From Myxococcota bacterium (GTDB lineage Bacteria > Myxococcota_A > UBA9160 > JAFDDA01), in the NCBI GenBank assembly GCA_965228475.1, contig OZ245817.1, positions 3,456,001-3,520,000 of the forward strand: a stretch of 64,000 nt of DNA. The letters run 5' to 3'. The notes below the pieces were generated by a model. The model ran no database searches. It had not been told where the DNA came from and worked only from the letters and a program-made list of their open reading frames with translations. Positions 47,261 to 56,339 of the stretch are shown here, piece after piece. The translations under genes and the position numbers were made by a program. Position 1 is the stretch's first letter. The number at the start of each line of letters is the position of its first letter.

Positions 47261-47919
47261 AGCCGCCGCGACTCCTGCTGGCGGGCGCCGTCCTCCTCGG
47301 CGCGCCCGCGCTGCAGCTCGCCGCCGAGGCCGCGACGCGCTTCCCGGTCGGCCCCGCGCGGATGGCGACGCTCGCCGTCTGGCTCGTCGCCTGGGTGCCC
47401 CTGGTCCGCTTCGGCCTGGCCCGCGCGGACGGCCTGCCCGCTTCCCGGGCCGCGCGGGCCGGCGTCTTCGCGCTGGTGCCGCTGCTCGGCCTCGCACACG
47501 TCCTCGCGGGCGCTCGTTTCTCGGACGGCCCCTTCGGCCCCGTCCCGGGCGGCCCCCTGGCCGGACCCGTCGCGACCGAGCCGCACCCGGACTGGTCGAA
47601 GGCCCGCACCGCCCGCTACGCGGAGCTCGAAGTCCTTCCGGACCGGCCACGCAGCCTCGAAACGCTGGTGCTCGCCCGCGACGGCGTGCTCTACGTCGCG
47701 GCCAACATGCCGCGCAGCAAGCGCTGGCCGGGGCAGGTCCTGGCGGAGCCCCGCGTTCGGATCCGCGTCGGGGATCGCGTCTACGAAAGAAGCGCGTTGC
47801 GCGTCGAGGGCGCCGCGCACCGTGCGGCGCTGCTCGCCTCGATGAACGAGAAATACGGCTTCGACGTGTCGCTCGGCGGCGAGATCTGGTTCTTCGCCCT
47901 CGAACCCCGGCGTTCCTAG
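47257..47919 (+). CDS. Membrane protein with C-terminal split-barrel (DUF2255/nitroreductase-like) domain
   Basis: Three hydrophobic segments, GPFGPVPGGPL.G, DGVLYV, W...PRVRIRVG, KYG. Confidence 0.6.
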   Translation: MKPPRLLLAGAVLLGAPALQLAAEAATRFPVGPARMATLAVWLVAWVPLVRFGLARADGLPASRAARAGVFALVPLLGLAHVLAGARFSDGPFGPVPGGPLAGPVATEPHPDWSKARTARYAELEVLPDRPRSLETLVLARDGVLYVAANMPRSKRWPGQVLAEPRVRIRVGDRVYERSALRVEGAAHRAALLASMNEKYGFDVSLGGEIWFFALEPRRS

Positions 47920-48806
47920 GCCGCCTGCAGGCCCTGTCCCGACTCGAACTCGGCGCGCATCTCGCGCGCGGTCTTCGTCGAGCCGTCCGGGCTCCAGCCC
48001 GGCGGGGCGAAGACGTAGCCGAGCGCGTCGTGCAGGCTCCGGGCCCGGCGCACGTCGCGGGCGATGGCCGCCCACTCGTGGAAGGCGATCGTCCACGGGT
48101 TGTAGGTCTCGAGATTCTTCGTGAGGCCGTAGGTGACGGGGGCGCGCTCGGGCTCGAACGTCCCGAAGAGCCGATCCCAGAGGATGAAGATCCCCGCGTG
48201 GTTGCGGTCGAGATACTCGACGTTCGTGCCGTGGTGCACGCGGTGGTGCGAGGGCGTATTGAACACCGCCTCGAACCAGCCGGGCAGCCGGTCGATGCGC
48301 TCGGTGTGGATCCAGAACTGGTAGAGCAGATTCACGGAGCCGACGGTGAGCAGCAGCATCGGGTCGAAGCCGAGCAGCGGCAGGGGCCAGTAGAAGAAGA
48401 GCTGCGTGAACCAGCCCGTCCACGTCTGGCGGAGCGCCGTCGAGAGGTTGTAGTGCTGGCTCGAGTGGTGGGTCACGTGGGCGGCCCAGAAGAAGCGCAC
48501 CTCGTGGCCCGCGCGGTGATACCAGTAGTAGACGAAGTCCTCGACGACGAGCGCCAGCAGGAACACGGCGATGCCGGTTCCGAGATCGAACAGGCGGTAC
48601 TCGTAGAGGGCGTAGAACAGCGCGAGCCGCACGCCCTTCGTCGCCAGGTTGATCGCGACGTTCCCGAGGCCCATCGAGAGGCTCGCCGCCGTATCGCGCA
48701 GGGCGTAGCCCTTGTCTTCCTTGCGGGCGCGAACGGTCGTCGCGATGGCCTCGACGACCATCAGCGTGATGAAGGCGGGAATCGCCAGGTGGGTGAGATC
48801 AGGCAT
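47916..48806 (-). CDS. Sterol desaturase/fatty-acid hydroxylase family (alkylglycerol monooxygenase-like)
   Basis: His boxes YHRAGH, HVTHHSS, FWIHTE, PSHHRVHH; NLSTALRQ. Confidence 0.88.
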   Translation of the reverse strand: MPDLTHLAIPAFITLMVVEAIATTVRARKEDKGYALRDTAASLSMGLGNVAINLATKGVRLALFYALYEYRLFDLGTGIAVFLLALVVEDFVYYWYHRAGHEVRFFWAAHVTHHSSQHYNLSTALRQTWTGWFTQLFFYWPLPLLGFDPMLLLTVGSVNLLYQFWIHTERIDRLPGWFEAVFNTPSHHRVHHGTNVEYLDRNHAGIFILWDRLFGTFEPERAPVTYGLTKNLETYNPWTIAFHEWAAIARDVRRARSLHDALGYVFAPPGWSPDGSTKTAREMRAEFESGQGLQAA

Positions 48807-49413
48807 CGATCGTCTCTCCGGAGAGGGCGCGCCGGGCCAGGCCTTCGAGCAGCGCGAGGGTTCTGGGGATGGCCGGGTCGTTCGGGACGAGCAGCGCTCG
48901 GCCGCGCAGGCCCGAGTAGGCGTCGAGAATGAGGTCGAGCATGGGCGCCAGGTCGTCGACCTCCGGGAAGGACTCGCGCGCCAGGCGATGGACGTTCACC
49001 GAGTGCTGCTCGACGACCGGGAGGAGCGCCGCGAGCAGCGCACCGTCCGTGCGCGCCGCGACCTGCAGCTCGAGCGCCGCGGTCAACGCCGGATCGAGGA
49101 AGATCTCCCAGAGCAGCCCGAGCGCGGCGCGCACGCGGTCGGCCTCGGGCGGGAGCTGTGCGAAGCCCTTCTGGAAGCGCTCGGTCAAGCCGGCGTAGAG
49201 GTGCGCGACGGCGGCGGCCAGCAGCTGGTGGCGCGTCGGGAAGTGGTGCAGCTGCGCGCCGCGCGAGACGCCCGCCTCCTTCGCGACGGCCGTGGTCGTC
49301 GTCCCCGAGAACCCGTGCTCGACCAGGCACCGGATGGCGGCGTCAAGGATGCGCTCGCGGGTCAACGCGCTGCGCTCTTCCTGACTTCGGCGGGCGGTTC
49401 GTCTTGCCGGCAT
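48799..49413 (-). CDS. TetR/AcrR family regulator
   Basis: QEERSALTRERILDA, AGVSRGAQLHHFPT. Confidence 0.92.
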   Translation of the reverse strand: MPARRTARRSQEERSALTRERILDAAIRCLVEHGFSGTTTTAVAKEAGVSRGAQLHHFPTRHQLLAAAVAHLYAGLTERFQKGFAQLPPEADRVRAALGLLWEIFLDPALTAALELQVAARTDGALLAALLPVVEQHSVNVHRLARESFPEVDDLAPMLDLILDAYSGLRGRALLVPNDPAIPRTLALLEGLARRALSGETIDA

Positions 49414-49437
49414 GGAGAGGAGTATCGGCGAAACGAT

Positions 49438-49459
49438 ACAAACAGTCAAGACTGATTGT
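49438..49459. promoter_or_regulatory. Probable TetR operator palindrome
   Basis: ACAAACAGTC-AA-GACTGATTGT (9/10 inverted match) in the AT-rich divergent intergenic region. Confidence 0.7.
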
Positions 49460-49590
49460 TAAAATCTTCAAGTGTCTGATAGATTTTAAGTTTCCTGGAC
49501 GAACAGATCCCCGTGCTCTGACTCCCGGGAGCGTCGGCGACGGCCCGTGCTCGGTTGACCCGGCCCGAAAACTGAAACATGTTCCATCCC

Positions 49591-51603
49591 ATGAAGCGCC
49601 CCCCTCTTCGCCTCTCGGCCGTCCTTCCCGTCCTTCTCGCCGTCGCCTGGCTCGGCTGTGGCGAGGATCCGCCGCCGCCCGTGGAGATCGACTACGGGGG
49701 GCCGGTCGCCGAGTGGGAGCACGTCGGCGGCGACGCCGGCGGCATGCAGTACTCCCCGCTCCGCCAGATCACCGCCGAGAACGTGGGCTCCCTCGAAGTC
49801 GCCTGGACCTACCGCCACGGCGACATCTCCGACGGGAGCGACGGCAGCACCCGCACCTCCTTCAACGCCACGCCGATCGTGGTGGGCGACGGCCTCTACT
49901 TCTGCACCGGCATGAACCGCGTGATCGCCCTCGACGCAGAGACCGGCGAAGAGCGCTGGACCTTCGACCCGGAGCCGAAGCTCACCCAGCTGAAGGGGCC
50001 CTACCCGCGCGTGTGTCGCGGCGTGGCGCACTGGGAAGCCCCCGCGGCTTCGGGCGCCTGCAGCGCGCGCATCTTCACCGGCACGATCGACTCGGAGCTG
50101 ATCGCCCTCGACGCCGAGACGGGCGAACCCTGCGAAGACTTCGGCGCGAACGGCCGCGTCTCCCTGCGCGATGGCATCGACGCCGAAGACTGGGAGTACT
50201 ACCCGACGGCGGCACCCGTGGTGCTGCGCGACGTCGTCGTGATCGGCGCGCTCATCGCCGACAACCTGCGGAGCGACGCCCCGAGCGGCGTCGTGCGCGC
50301 CTTCGACGCGCGGACGGGCGAGCTCCGCTGGTCCTGGGACCCGGTGCCCCCGGGCTGGACCTGGCCCGAAGGATGGGGCGACCGCCCGCGCACCGACTAC
50401 ACGCCGGGCACGCCGAACGTCTGGACCTGGATGTCGGCGGACCCGGAACGGAACCTCGTCTTCGTCCCCACCGGCAACGCCTCGCCGGACTACTTCGCCG
50501 CGAACCGCCACGGCCTCGACCACTACTCGAGCTCCGTCGTCGCGCTCTGGGGCTCGACGGGGACGGTGATCTGGAACTTCCAGACCGTGCACAAGGACGT
50601 CTGGGACTACGACATCCCGGCCCGCCCGCAGCTCTTCCGCTTCGAGGGCGCGAACGGCCCCGTCGACGCCGTCGCCCAGATCACCAAGATGGGCCACCTC
50701 TTCCTGCTCGACCGCGAGAGCGGCCGCCCGCTCCACCCCGTCGAAGAGCGCCCCGTCCCCCAGAGCGACGTCCCCGGCGAGGTGCTCTCTCCGACCCAGC
50801 CCTTCCCGACCCACATCCCGCCGCTCCACCCGCCGGAGCTCACGCCCGACGACGCCTTCGGCTTCTCGCCCTGGGACCGCGGGAAGTGCCGCGAGATCAT
50901 CGAAGGCCTGCGCAGCGAGGGGCTCTTCACGCCGGCGAGCCTCGAGGGATCGATCCAGTACCCGGGCGCCGCCGGCGGCCCGAACTGGGGGAACATCGCC
51001 ATCGACCCGGAGAACCAGGTCGCCTTCGTGAACGGCATGCGCGTCCCCTCGGTGATCCAGCTGATCCCTCGCGAAGAATGGGATGCGATGGACGACAAGA
51101 CCGCCGCCTACCCGACCGAACTCTCGCCCATGGACGGCACGCCCTACGCCCTGCGCCGCGGCCCGCTGCTCTCGCCGCTCGGCGCCCCGTGCAACCCGCC
51201 GCCCTGGGGCACGCTCACCGCCGTCGACCTCGTCGCCGGCGAGATCCTCTGGGAGGTGCCCCTCGGCACCACGCGCGACCAGGCGCCCTTCCCGATCTGG
51301 TGGCTCCAGGGCGACGTCGGCGCGCCGAACCTCGGCGGCGCCATCGCGACCGCGGGCGGGCTCGTCTTCATCGGCGCCACCACCGACAAGTACCTGCGCG
51401 CCTTCGACGCGAAGACCGGCGAGGAGGTCTGGACCGAGCGCCTGCCCTTCACGGCCAACGCGACGCCGCTGACCTACCGGCTCCGGCCCGACGGCAAGCA
51501 GTTCGTGGCGGTGGCCGCCGGGGGCCACGGCTGGAGCGAGCCCGGGGACGCCGTGATCGCCTGGAGTCTCCGCGAGAAGGCCCCGGAGGCGACCCCGGAG
51601 TAG
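49591..51603 (+). CDS. PQQ-dependent dehydrogenase (glucose/quinate/shikimate family), lipoprotein
   Basis: Lipobox WLGC, YSPLRQIT.ENV, CRGVA, W.FQTVH.D.WDYD, PCNPPPWG. Confidence 0.9.
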   Translation: MKRPPLRLSAVLPVLLAVAWLGCGEDPPPPVEIDYGGPVAEWEHVGGDAGGMQYSPLRQITAENVGSLEVAWTYRHGDISDGSDGSTRTSFNATPIVVGDGLYFCTGMNRVIALDAETGEERWTFDPEPKLTQLKGPYPRVCRGVAHWEAPAASGACSARIFTGTIDSELIALDAETGEPCEDFGANGRVSLRDGIDAEDWEYYPTAAPVVLRDVVVIGALIADNLRSDAPSGVVRAFDARTGELRWSWDPVPPGWTWPEGWGDRPRTDYTPGTPNVWTWMSADPERNLVFVPTGNASPDYFAANRHGLDHYSSSVVALWGSTGTVIWNFQTVHKDVWDYDIPARPQLFRFEGANGPVDAVAQITKMGHLFLLDRESGRPLHPVEERPVPQSDVPGEVLSPTQPFPTHIPPLHPPELTPDDAFGFSPWDRGKCREIIEGLRSEGLFTPASLEGSIQYPGAAGGPNWGNIAIDPENQVAFVNGMRVPSVIQLIPREEWDAMDDKTAAYPTELSPMDGTPYALRRGPLLSPLGAPCNPPPWGTLTAVDLVAGEILWEVPLGTTRDQAPFPIWWLQGDVGAPNLGGAIATAGGLVFIGATTDKYLRAFDAKTGEEVWTERLPFTANATPLTYRLRPDGKQFVAVAAGGHGWSEPGDAVIAWSLREKAPEATPE

Positions 51604-51615
51604 GCGCCTAAGCCA

Positions 51616-51643
51616 TCGGGGGAAAAGGGTTTTTCGCCCCCGA
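51616..51643 (+). terminator. Stem-loop after the PQQ dehydrogenase
   Basis: TCGGGGGAAAAGGGTTTTTCGCCCCCGA followed by CCTTTGT. Confidence 0.5.
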
Positions 51644-51653
51644 CCTTTGTGAT

Positions 51654-51667
51654 ACGATACGTCTCGT
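51654..51667. promoter_or_regulatory. Candidate operator upstream of the ipd operon
   Basis: ACGATACGTCTCGT (12/14 palindromic) between TTGTGA and TATTGA. Confidence 0.45.
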
Positions 51668-51688
51668 TATTGATTTCCAGGGGGCTTC

Positions 51689-52546
51689 GTGGACAAGCGC
51701 ACGAGCGAGGCGGCAGTCGTCTCTGAAATCCGCGACGGCATGACCGTGGGCATCGGCGGTTGGGGCTCGCGCAGGAAGCCCATGTCCCTGGTGCGCGAGA
51801 TCCTGCGCTCGGATCTGAAGGATCTCACGATCGTCTCCTACGGCGGGCCGGACGTCGGCCTGCTGTGCAAGGCGGGCAAGGTCCGCCGCGTCGTCTACGG
51901 CTTCGTCTCCCTCGACTCGATCCCCCTCGAGCCGCACTTCCGTGCCGCGCGCCAGTCCGGCGCCGTCGAAGTGACCGAGCTCGACGAAGGGATGCTGCAG
52001 TGGGGCCTCTACGCCGCCGCCCTGCGACTGCCCTTCCTGCCGACGCGCTCGGGCATGGGCTCGGACGTCCTGAAGTACAACCCGGACCTGAAGCTCGTGC
52101 GCTCCCCCTACGACGACGGCGAGGAGCTCGTGGCCATGCCGGCGCTCCACCTCGACGTGGCGCTCATCCACATGAACCGCGCCGACGAGCGCGGGAACGG
52201 CCAGTACCTCGGCCCCGACCCCTACTTCGACGATCTCTACTGCATGGCCGCGAAGCGCCGCTTCATGTCCTGCGAGAAGATCGTTCCGACGGAAGACCTC
52301 GCGAAGGCCGGGCCGGCCCAGACGCTCGTCATCAACCGCACGATGATCGACGGCGTCGTCGAAGCGCCGGGCGGCGCGCACTTCACCGAGTGCCCGCCCG
52401 ACTACGAACGCGACGAAGCCTTCCAGAAGGAATACGCCATGACGGCCAAGGACCCGGACGATTGGCGGGCCTTCGAGGAGCGCTACCTCTCGCTCGCGAG
52501 CGAGGCCGACTACCAGGCGGCCGTCCGCGCCCGGAGCGGTTCGTGA
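51689..52546 (+). CDS. ipdA: Steroid ring-C cleaving hydrolase, alpha subunit
   Basis: GIGGWGSRRKPM, GFVSLDSIPLEPHF, ELDEGM, GPDPYFDDL, GAHFT. Confidence 0.88.
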   Translation: MDKRTSEAAVVSEIRDGMTVGIGGWGSRRKPMSLVREILRSDLKDLTIVSYGGPDVGLLCKAGKVRRVVYGFVSLDSIPLEPHFRAARQSGAVEVTELDEGMLQWGLYAAALRLPFLPTRSGMGSDVLKYNPDLKLVRSPYDDGEELVAMPALHLDVALIHMNRADERGNGQYLGPDPYFDDLYCMAAKRRFMSCEKIVPTEDLAKAGPAQTLVINRTMIDGVVEAPGGAHFTECPPDYERDEAFQKEYAMTAKDPDDWRAFEERYLSLASEADYQAAVRARSGS

Positions 52547-53307
52547 GCGGCGCGACGCGAGCGGAGGTCTGCGTGACGGCGGTGGCCGACGCCTTCCGCG
52601 ACGACGGCGAGGCGCTCGCGAGCGCCTTCGGCTCGGTCCCCACCGTCGGCGTGCGGCTCGCCAAGCTGACCGACGCCCCCGACCTGCTGATGACCGACGG
52701 CATCGCCTACCTGCGCGGCGACGTCGCGAGCCTCTCGGGCGAGGACGCGCACGAGCCCGTCGTCGAGGGCTGGCTGCCCTTCCGCAAGGTCTTCGACCTG
52801 CTCTGGTCCGGGCGGCGACACGTGATCATGACCGCCAGCCAGATCGACCGCTTCGGCAACCACAACTTCGCCTGCATCGGCGACTACGCGAAGCCGAAGG
52901 CCCAGCTCCTCGGCATGCGCGGCGCGCCGGGCAACACGATCCACCACGCCACGAGCTACTGGGTGCCGAACCACAGCCCGAAGGTCTTCGTCGAAGAGGT
53001 CGACGTCGTCTCGGGCGTGGGCAACGACCGCGCGCGGGCTCTGGGCGAGGCCGGCTCGCGCTTCCACGATCTGCGGCGCGTGATCTCGAACCTCGCCGTC
53101 TTCGACTTCGCGCCCGAGGACGGCGCCATGCGCCTCGTCTCCGTTCACCCGGGCGTGAGCGTCGACGAGGTCGTCGAGCAGACGGGCTTCGCCCTGGACG
53201 TCGACGGTGACGTCCCCGAGACGCGGCTCCCGAGCGAATCCGAGCTCACCCTGATCCGCGAGCGCATCGACCCGCGCGGCTTCACCGGCCGCGAAGTCCC
53301 CGCCTGA
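52543..53307 (+). CDS. ipdB: Steroid ring-C cleaving hydrolase, beta subunit
   Basis: TRAEVC, EGWLPFRKVF, RGAPGNT, SYWVPNH; GTGA overlap. Confidence 0.88.
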   Translation: MSGATRAEVCVTAVADAFRDDGEALASAFGSVPTVGVRLAKLTDAPDLLMTDGIAYLRGDVASLSGEDAHEPVVEGWLPFRKVFDLLWSGRRHVIMTASQIDRFGNHNFACIGDYAKPKAQLLGMRGAPGNTIHHATSYWVPNHSPKVFVEEVDVVSGVGNDRARALGEAGSRFHDLRRVISNLAVFDFAPEDGAMRLVSVHPGVSVDEVVEQTGFALDVDGDVPETRLPSESELTLIRERIDPRGFTGREVPA

Positions 53308-53314
53308 GGCCCCC

Positions 53315-54376
53315 GTGACCTCTCCCCTCCACACCCCGCTCTGCGACCTGCTCGACGCGCGCTACCCGATCGTGCAGACGGGCATGGGCTGGGTGGCGAC
53401 ACCGGAGCTCGTGGCGGCGGTGAGCAACACCGGCGCCTTCGGCTTCCTCGCCGCGGCGACGATCCCGCCGGGCGAGGTCGAGGACGCGATCGTCCAGACC
53501 CAGGCGCTGACCGACCGCCCCTTCGGCGTGAACTTCCTGATGGACGCACCGGGCGCCGACGTCATCGTCGCGGCGCTGGTCCGCCAGGGCGTGAAGGCCG
53601 CCGGCTACAACCGGGCCCCGAGCGCGGAGCTCATCGGCACGCTCAAGGAGGCGGGCATCGTCTGCATCCCGACCTGCGGCGCCGTGAAGCACGCGGTGAA
53701 GGCCCAGAAGCTCGGTGCGGACGCCATCATCGTCCAGGGCGGTGAGGGCGGCGGGCACACCGGCTCCGTCCCGACCTCCCTGCTCGTCTCCGCCTGCGCC
53801 GACGCCGTCGACGTTCCGGTACTCGCCGCCGGCGGCTTCCGCGACGGCCGCGGGCTCGTCGCGGCCCTGGCCTTCGGCGCGGCCGGCGTCGCCATGGGCA
53901 CGCGCTTCCTGCTCACCAAGGAGAGCCCGGTTCCCGCGCGCACGACGGACCGCTACCTCGAGGCCGGCGTCGAGGACGTCACGGTGACGACGCGTATCGA
54001 CGGCCTGCCCCAGCGCGTGGTCACGAACGAACTCCTGCGGCGGCTCGAGGGCGCGAACCCCCTCGCCGCCTACTGGCTCGCCCTGCGCAATGCCCTCGCC
54101 CTACGCAAGGAAACGGGCGCGTCGCTCGTCGAACTCCTGCGCTCGGGCCTCGCCATGCGCCGGAACGAACGGCTCTCGCGCACGCAGATGCTCATGGCCG
54201 CCAACGCCCCGATGCTCGCGAAGCGGGCCATGACCGACGGCGACCCCATCGGGGGTTATCTGCCGAGCGGCACCGTCACCGGACTGATCGAGGACCGGCC
54301 GAGCTGCGCCGAGCTCGTGCAGCGCATCGTCACCGAAGCCGAGAAGACGCTCGGCCAGCTCTCGGGAGGCAACTGA
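53315..54376 (+). CDS. ipdC: Flavin-dependent enoyl-CoA reductase (nitronate monooxygenase family)
   Basis: PIVQTGMGWVA, QGGEGGGHTG, AAGGFRDGRGL, MAANAPML. Confidence 0.85.
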   Translation: MTSPLHTPLCDLLDARYPIVQTGMGWVATPELVAAVSNTGAFGFLAAATIPPGEVEDAIVQTQALTDRPFGVNFLMDAPGADVIVAALVRQGVKAAGYNRAPSAELIGTLKEAGIVCIPTCGAVKHAVKAQKLGADAIIVQGGEGGGHTGSVPTSLLVSACADAVDVPVLAAGGFRDGRGLVAALAFGAAGVAMGTRFLLTKESPVPARTTDRYLEAGVEDVTVTTRIDGLPQRVVTNELLRRLEGANPLAAYWLALRNALALRKETGASLVELLRSGLAMRRNERLSRTQMLMAANAPMLAKRAMTDGDPIGGYLPSGTVTGLIEDRPSCAELVQRIVTEAEKTLGQLSGGN

Positions 54377-55158
54377 TGACCGGCACCAGCACCGCGCCCA
54401 TGACCGGCATTCGCACCGAGGTTTCGGGCGGCGTCGCCCAGCTCGTGATCGACAACCCGCCGGTGAACGCCCTCGGCGTGGCGGGCTGGCGCGCCTTCGC
54501 CGAAGCGATGACGGCGCTCGGCCTGCGCGAGGACGTGAACTGCGTCGTGATCCGTGCCGAAGGCCGCGGCTTCCAGGCGGGTGTCGACGTGAAGGAGCTC
54601 GCCGAGGACGGGACCAAGATCGTCGAGGTGAACCGCGGCTGCTACGACAGCTTCGCCGCCATCTACGACTGCCCGGTGCCCGTGATCTCGGCGGTCCACG
54701 GTTTCTGCCTCGGCGGCGGAATCGGCATCTCCGGCGCCTCGGACATCGTCGTGGCCTCCGAGGACGCGACCTTCGGCCTGCCCGAGATCGACCGCGGCGC
54801 CCTCGGCGCGGCGACGCACCTGATGCGCCTGGTCGGGATGCAGAAGACGCGGCGCATGCTCTACACCGGCGAATCGATCGACGCGCGCGAGATGCTGCGC
54901 CTCGGTGCCGTGGAATCCGTCGTCCCGCGCGAGAAACTCCTCGACGAAGCCATGGCCCTGGCCCGGAACATCGCCGGCAAGAGCCCGAAGGCGCTCCGCC
55001 TGGCGAAGTGGTCGCTCAACGGAATCGAGCTGCTCGACGTGAAGGAGAGCTACCGCTACGAGCAGGGCTTCACCCTCGAGCTCTACACCTCGCCGGACTC
55101 CCAGGAAGCCCGCGACGCCTTCGTCGAGAAGCGCGACGCGAAGTTCGAGCAGGATTGA
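54376..55158 (+). CDS. echA20: HIEC-CoA ring-D hydrolase (crotonase family)
   Basis: PPVNAL, AGVDVKE, LPEIDRGALGAATHL, SYRYEQGFT. Confidence 0.85.
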   Translation: MTGTSTAPMTGIRTEVSGGVAQLVIDNPPVNALGVAGWRAFAEAMTALGLREDVNCVVIRAEGRGFQAGVDVKELAEDGTKIVEVNRGCYDSFAAIYDCPVPVISAVHGFCLGGGIGISGASDIVVASEDATFGLPEIDRGALGAATHLMRLVGMQKTRRMLYTGESIDAREMLRLGAVESVVPREKLLDEAMALARNIAGKSPKALRLAKWSLNGIELLDVKESYRYEQGFTLELYTSPDSQEARDAFVEKRDAKFEQD

Positions 55159-55165
55159 GGCCGAG

Positions 55166-56335
55166 ATGGATCTCTCGTACAGCCCGTCACAGCAGGCCTT
55201 CCGCAAGGAAGCGCGCGCCTGGCTCGAAGCCAACGTGCCGAAGGAGCCCCTCGCGTCCTTCGATACGGAAGCCGGATTCGCCGCCCACCGCGCGTGGGAA
55301 GAGAAGCTCCACGCCGGCGGCTTCGCCATGGTGCCCTGGCCCGTCGAGTACGGCGGGCGCGGAGCGGACCTGCTCGAGTGGCTGGTCTTCGAAGAGGAGT
55401 ACTACCGCGCCGGCGCGCCGGGCCGCGTGAACCAGAACGGGATCTTCCTGCTCGGCCCGACCATCATGGAGTACGGGACGCCCGAGCAGAAGGCGCGCTT
55501 CCTGCCGAAGATGGCCTCGAGCGAGGAGGTCTGGTGCCAGGGTTGGAGCGAGCCGAACGCCGGGAGCGACATGGCCGCGATCCAGAGCACGGCCGTCCGC
55601 GACGGCGACTGCTTCGTCGTGAACGGCCAGAAGACCTGGGCCTCACGCGGCGCCTTCGCCCACTGGCTCTTCGGCCTCTTCCGTACGGACCCGGAAAGCA
55701 GCCGGCACCGCGGCCTCTCCTTCCTTCTCGTTCCACTCGATCTGCCGGGCATCACCGTGCGGCCCATCCAGAAGATCAACGGCAAGGCCGCCTTCGCCGA
55801 GGTCTTCTTCGACGACGTGCGCGTTCCCGCCGAACACCTGCTCGGCCCCGAGGGCGACGGCTGGAAGGTCGCCATGGCGACGGCCGGCTTCGAACGCGGC
55901 CTCATGCTGCGCAGCCCTGCGCGCTTCCAGAGCACCGCCGACCGCCTGCTGCGCCTCTACCGTGAGACCGTGGCGCGCGGCGACGCCGTCTCCCCGAGCC
56001 TCCGCGAGCGCGTCGCCCGCACCTGGATGGACGCCGAGGCGTACACGCTCAACACCTACCAGACCGTCTCGAAGCTCCTGGCCGGGGGCTCGATCGGCGC
56101 CGAGGCCAGCCTGAACAAGATCTTCTGGTCCGAGCTCGACGTCCGCATGCACGAGCTCGGCCTCGAGCTGCTCGGGCCGCGCGCGGAACTCCTGCCCGGA
56201 GCACCGGCCGCCGGCGACGTCGGAAGCTGGCTCGACGGCTTCATCTTCGCGCTCTCCGGCCCGATCTACGCCGGAACCAACCAGATCCAACGCAACATCA
56301 TCGCCGAGCGCATCCTCGGCCTGCCGCGGAAGTAG
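55166..56335 (+). CDS. fadE31: Acyl-CoA dehydrogenase, FadE31-like
   Basis: GFAAHRAW, FEEEYYRAGAPGR, ERGLMLRSP, GPIYAGTNQIQRN. Confidence 0.75.
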   Translation: MDLSYSPSQQAFRKEARAWLEANVPKEPLASFDTEAGFAAHRAWEEKLHAGGFAMVPWPVEYGGRGADLLEWLVFEEEYYRAGAPGRVNQNGIFLLGPTIMEYGTPEQKARFLPKMASSEEVWCQGWSEPNAGSDMAAIQSTAVRDGDCFVVNGQKTWASRGAFAHWLFGLFRTDPESSRHRGLSFLLVPLDLPGITVRPIQKINGKAAFAEVFFDDVRVPAEHLLGPEGDGWKVAMATAGFERGLMLRSPARFQSTADRLLRLYRETVARGDAVSPSLRERVARTWMDAEAYTLNTYQTVSKLLAGGSIGAEASLNKIFWSELDVRMHELGLELLGPRAELLPGAPAAGDVGSWLDGFIFALSGPIYAGTNQIQRNIIAERILGLPRK

Positions 56336-56339
56336 CCCC

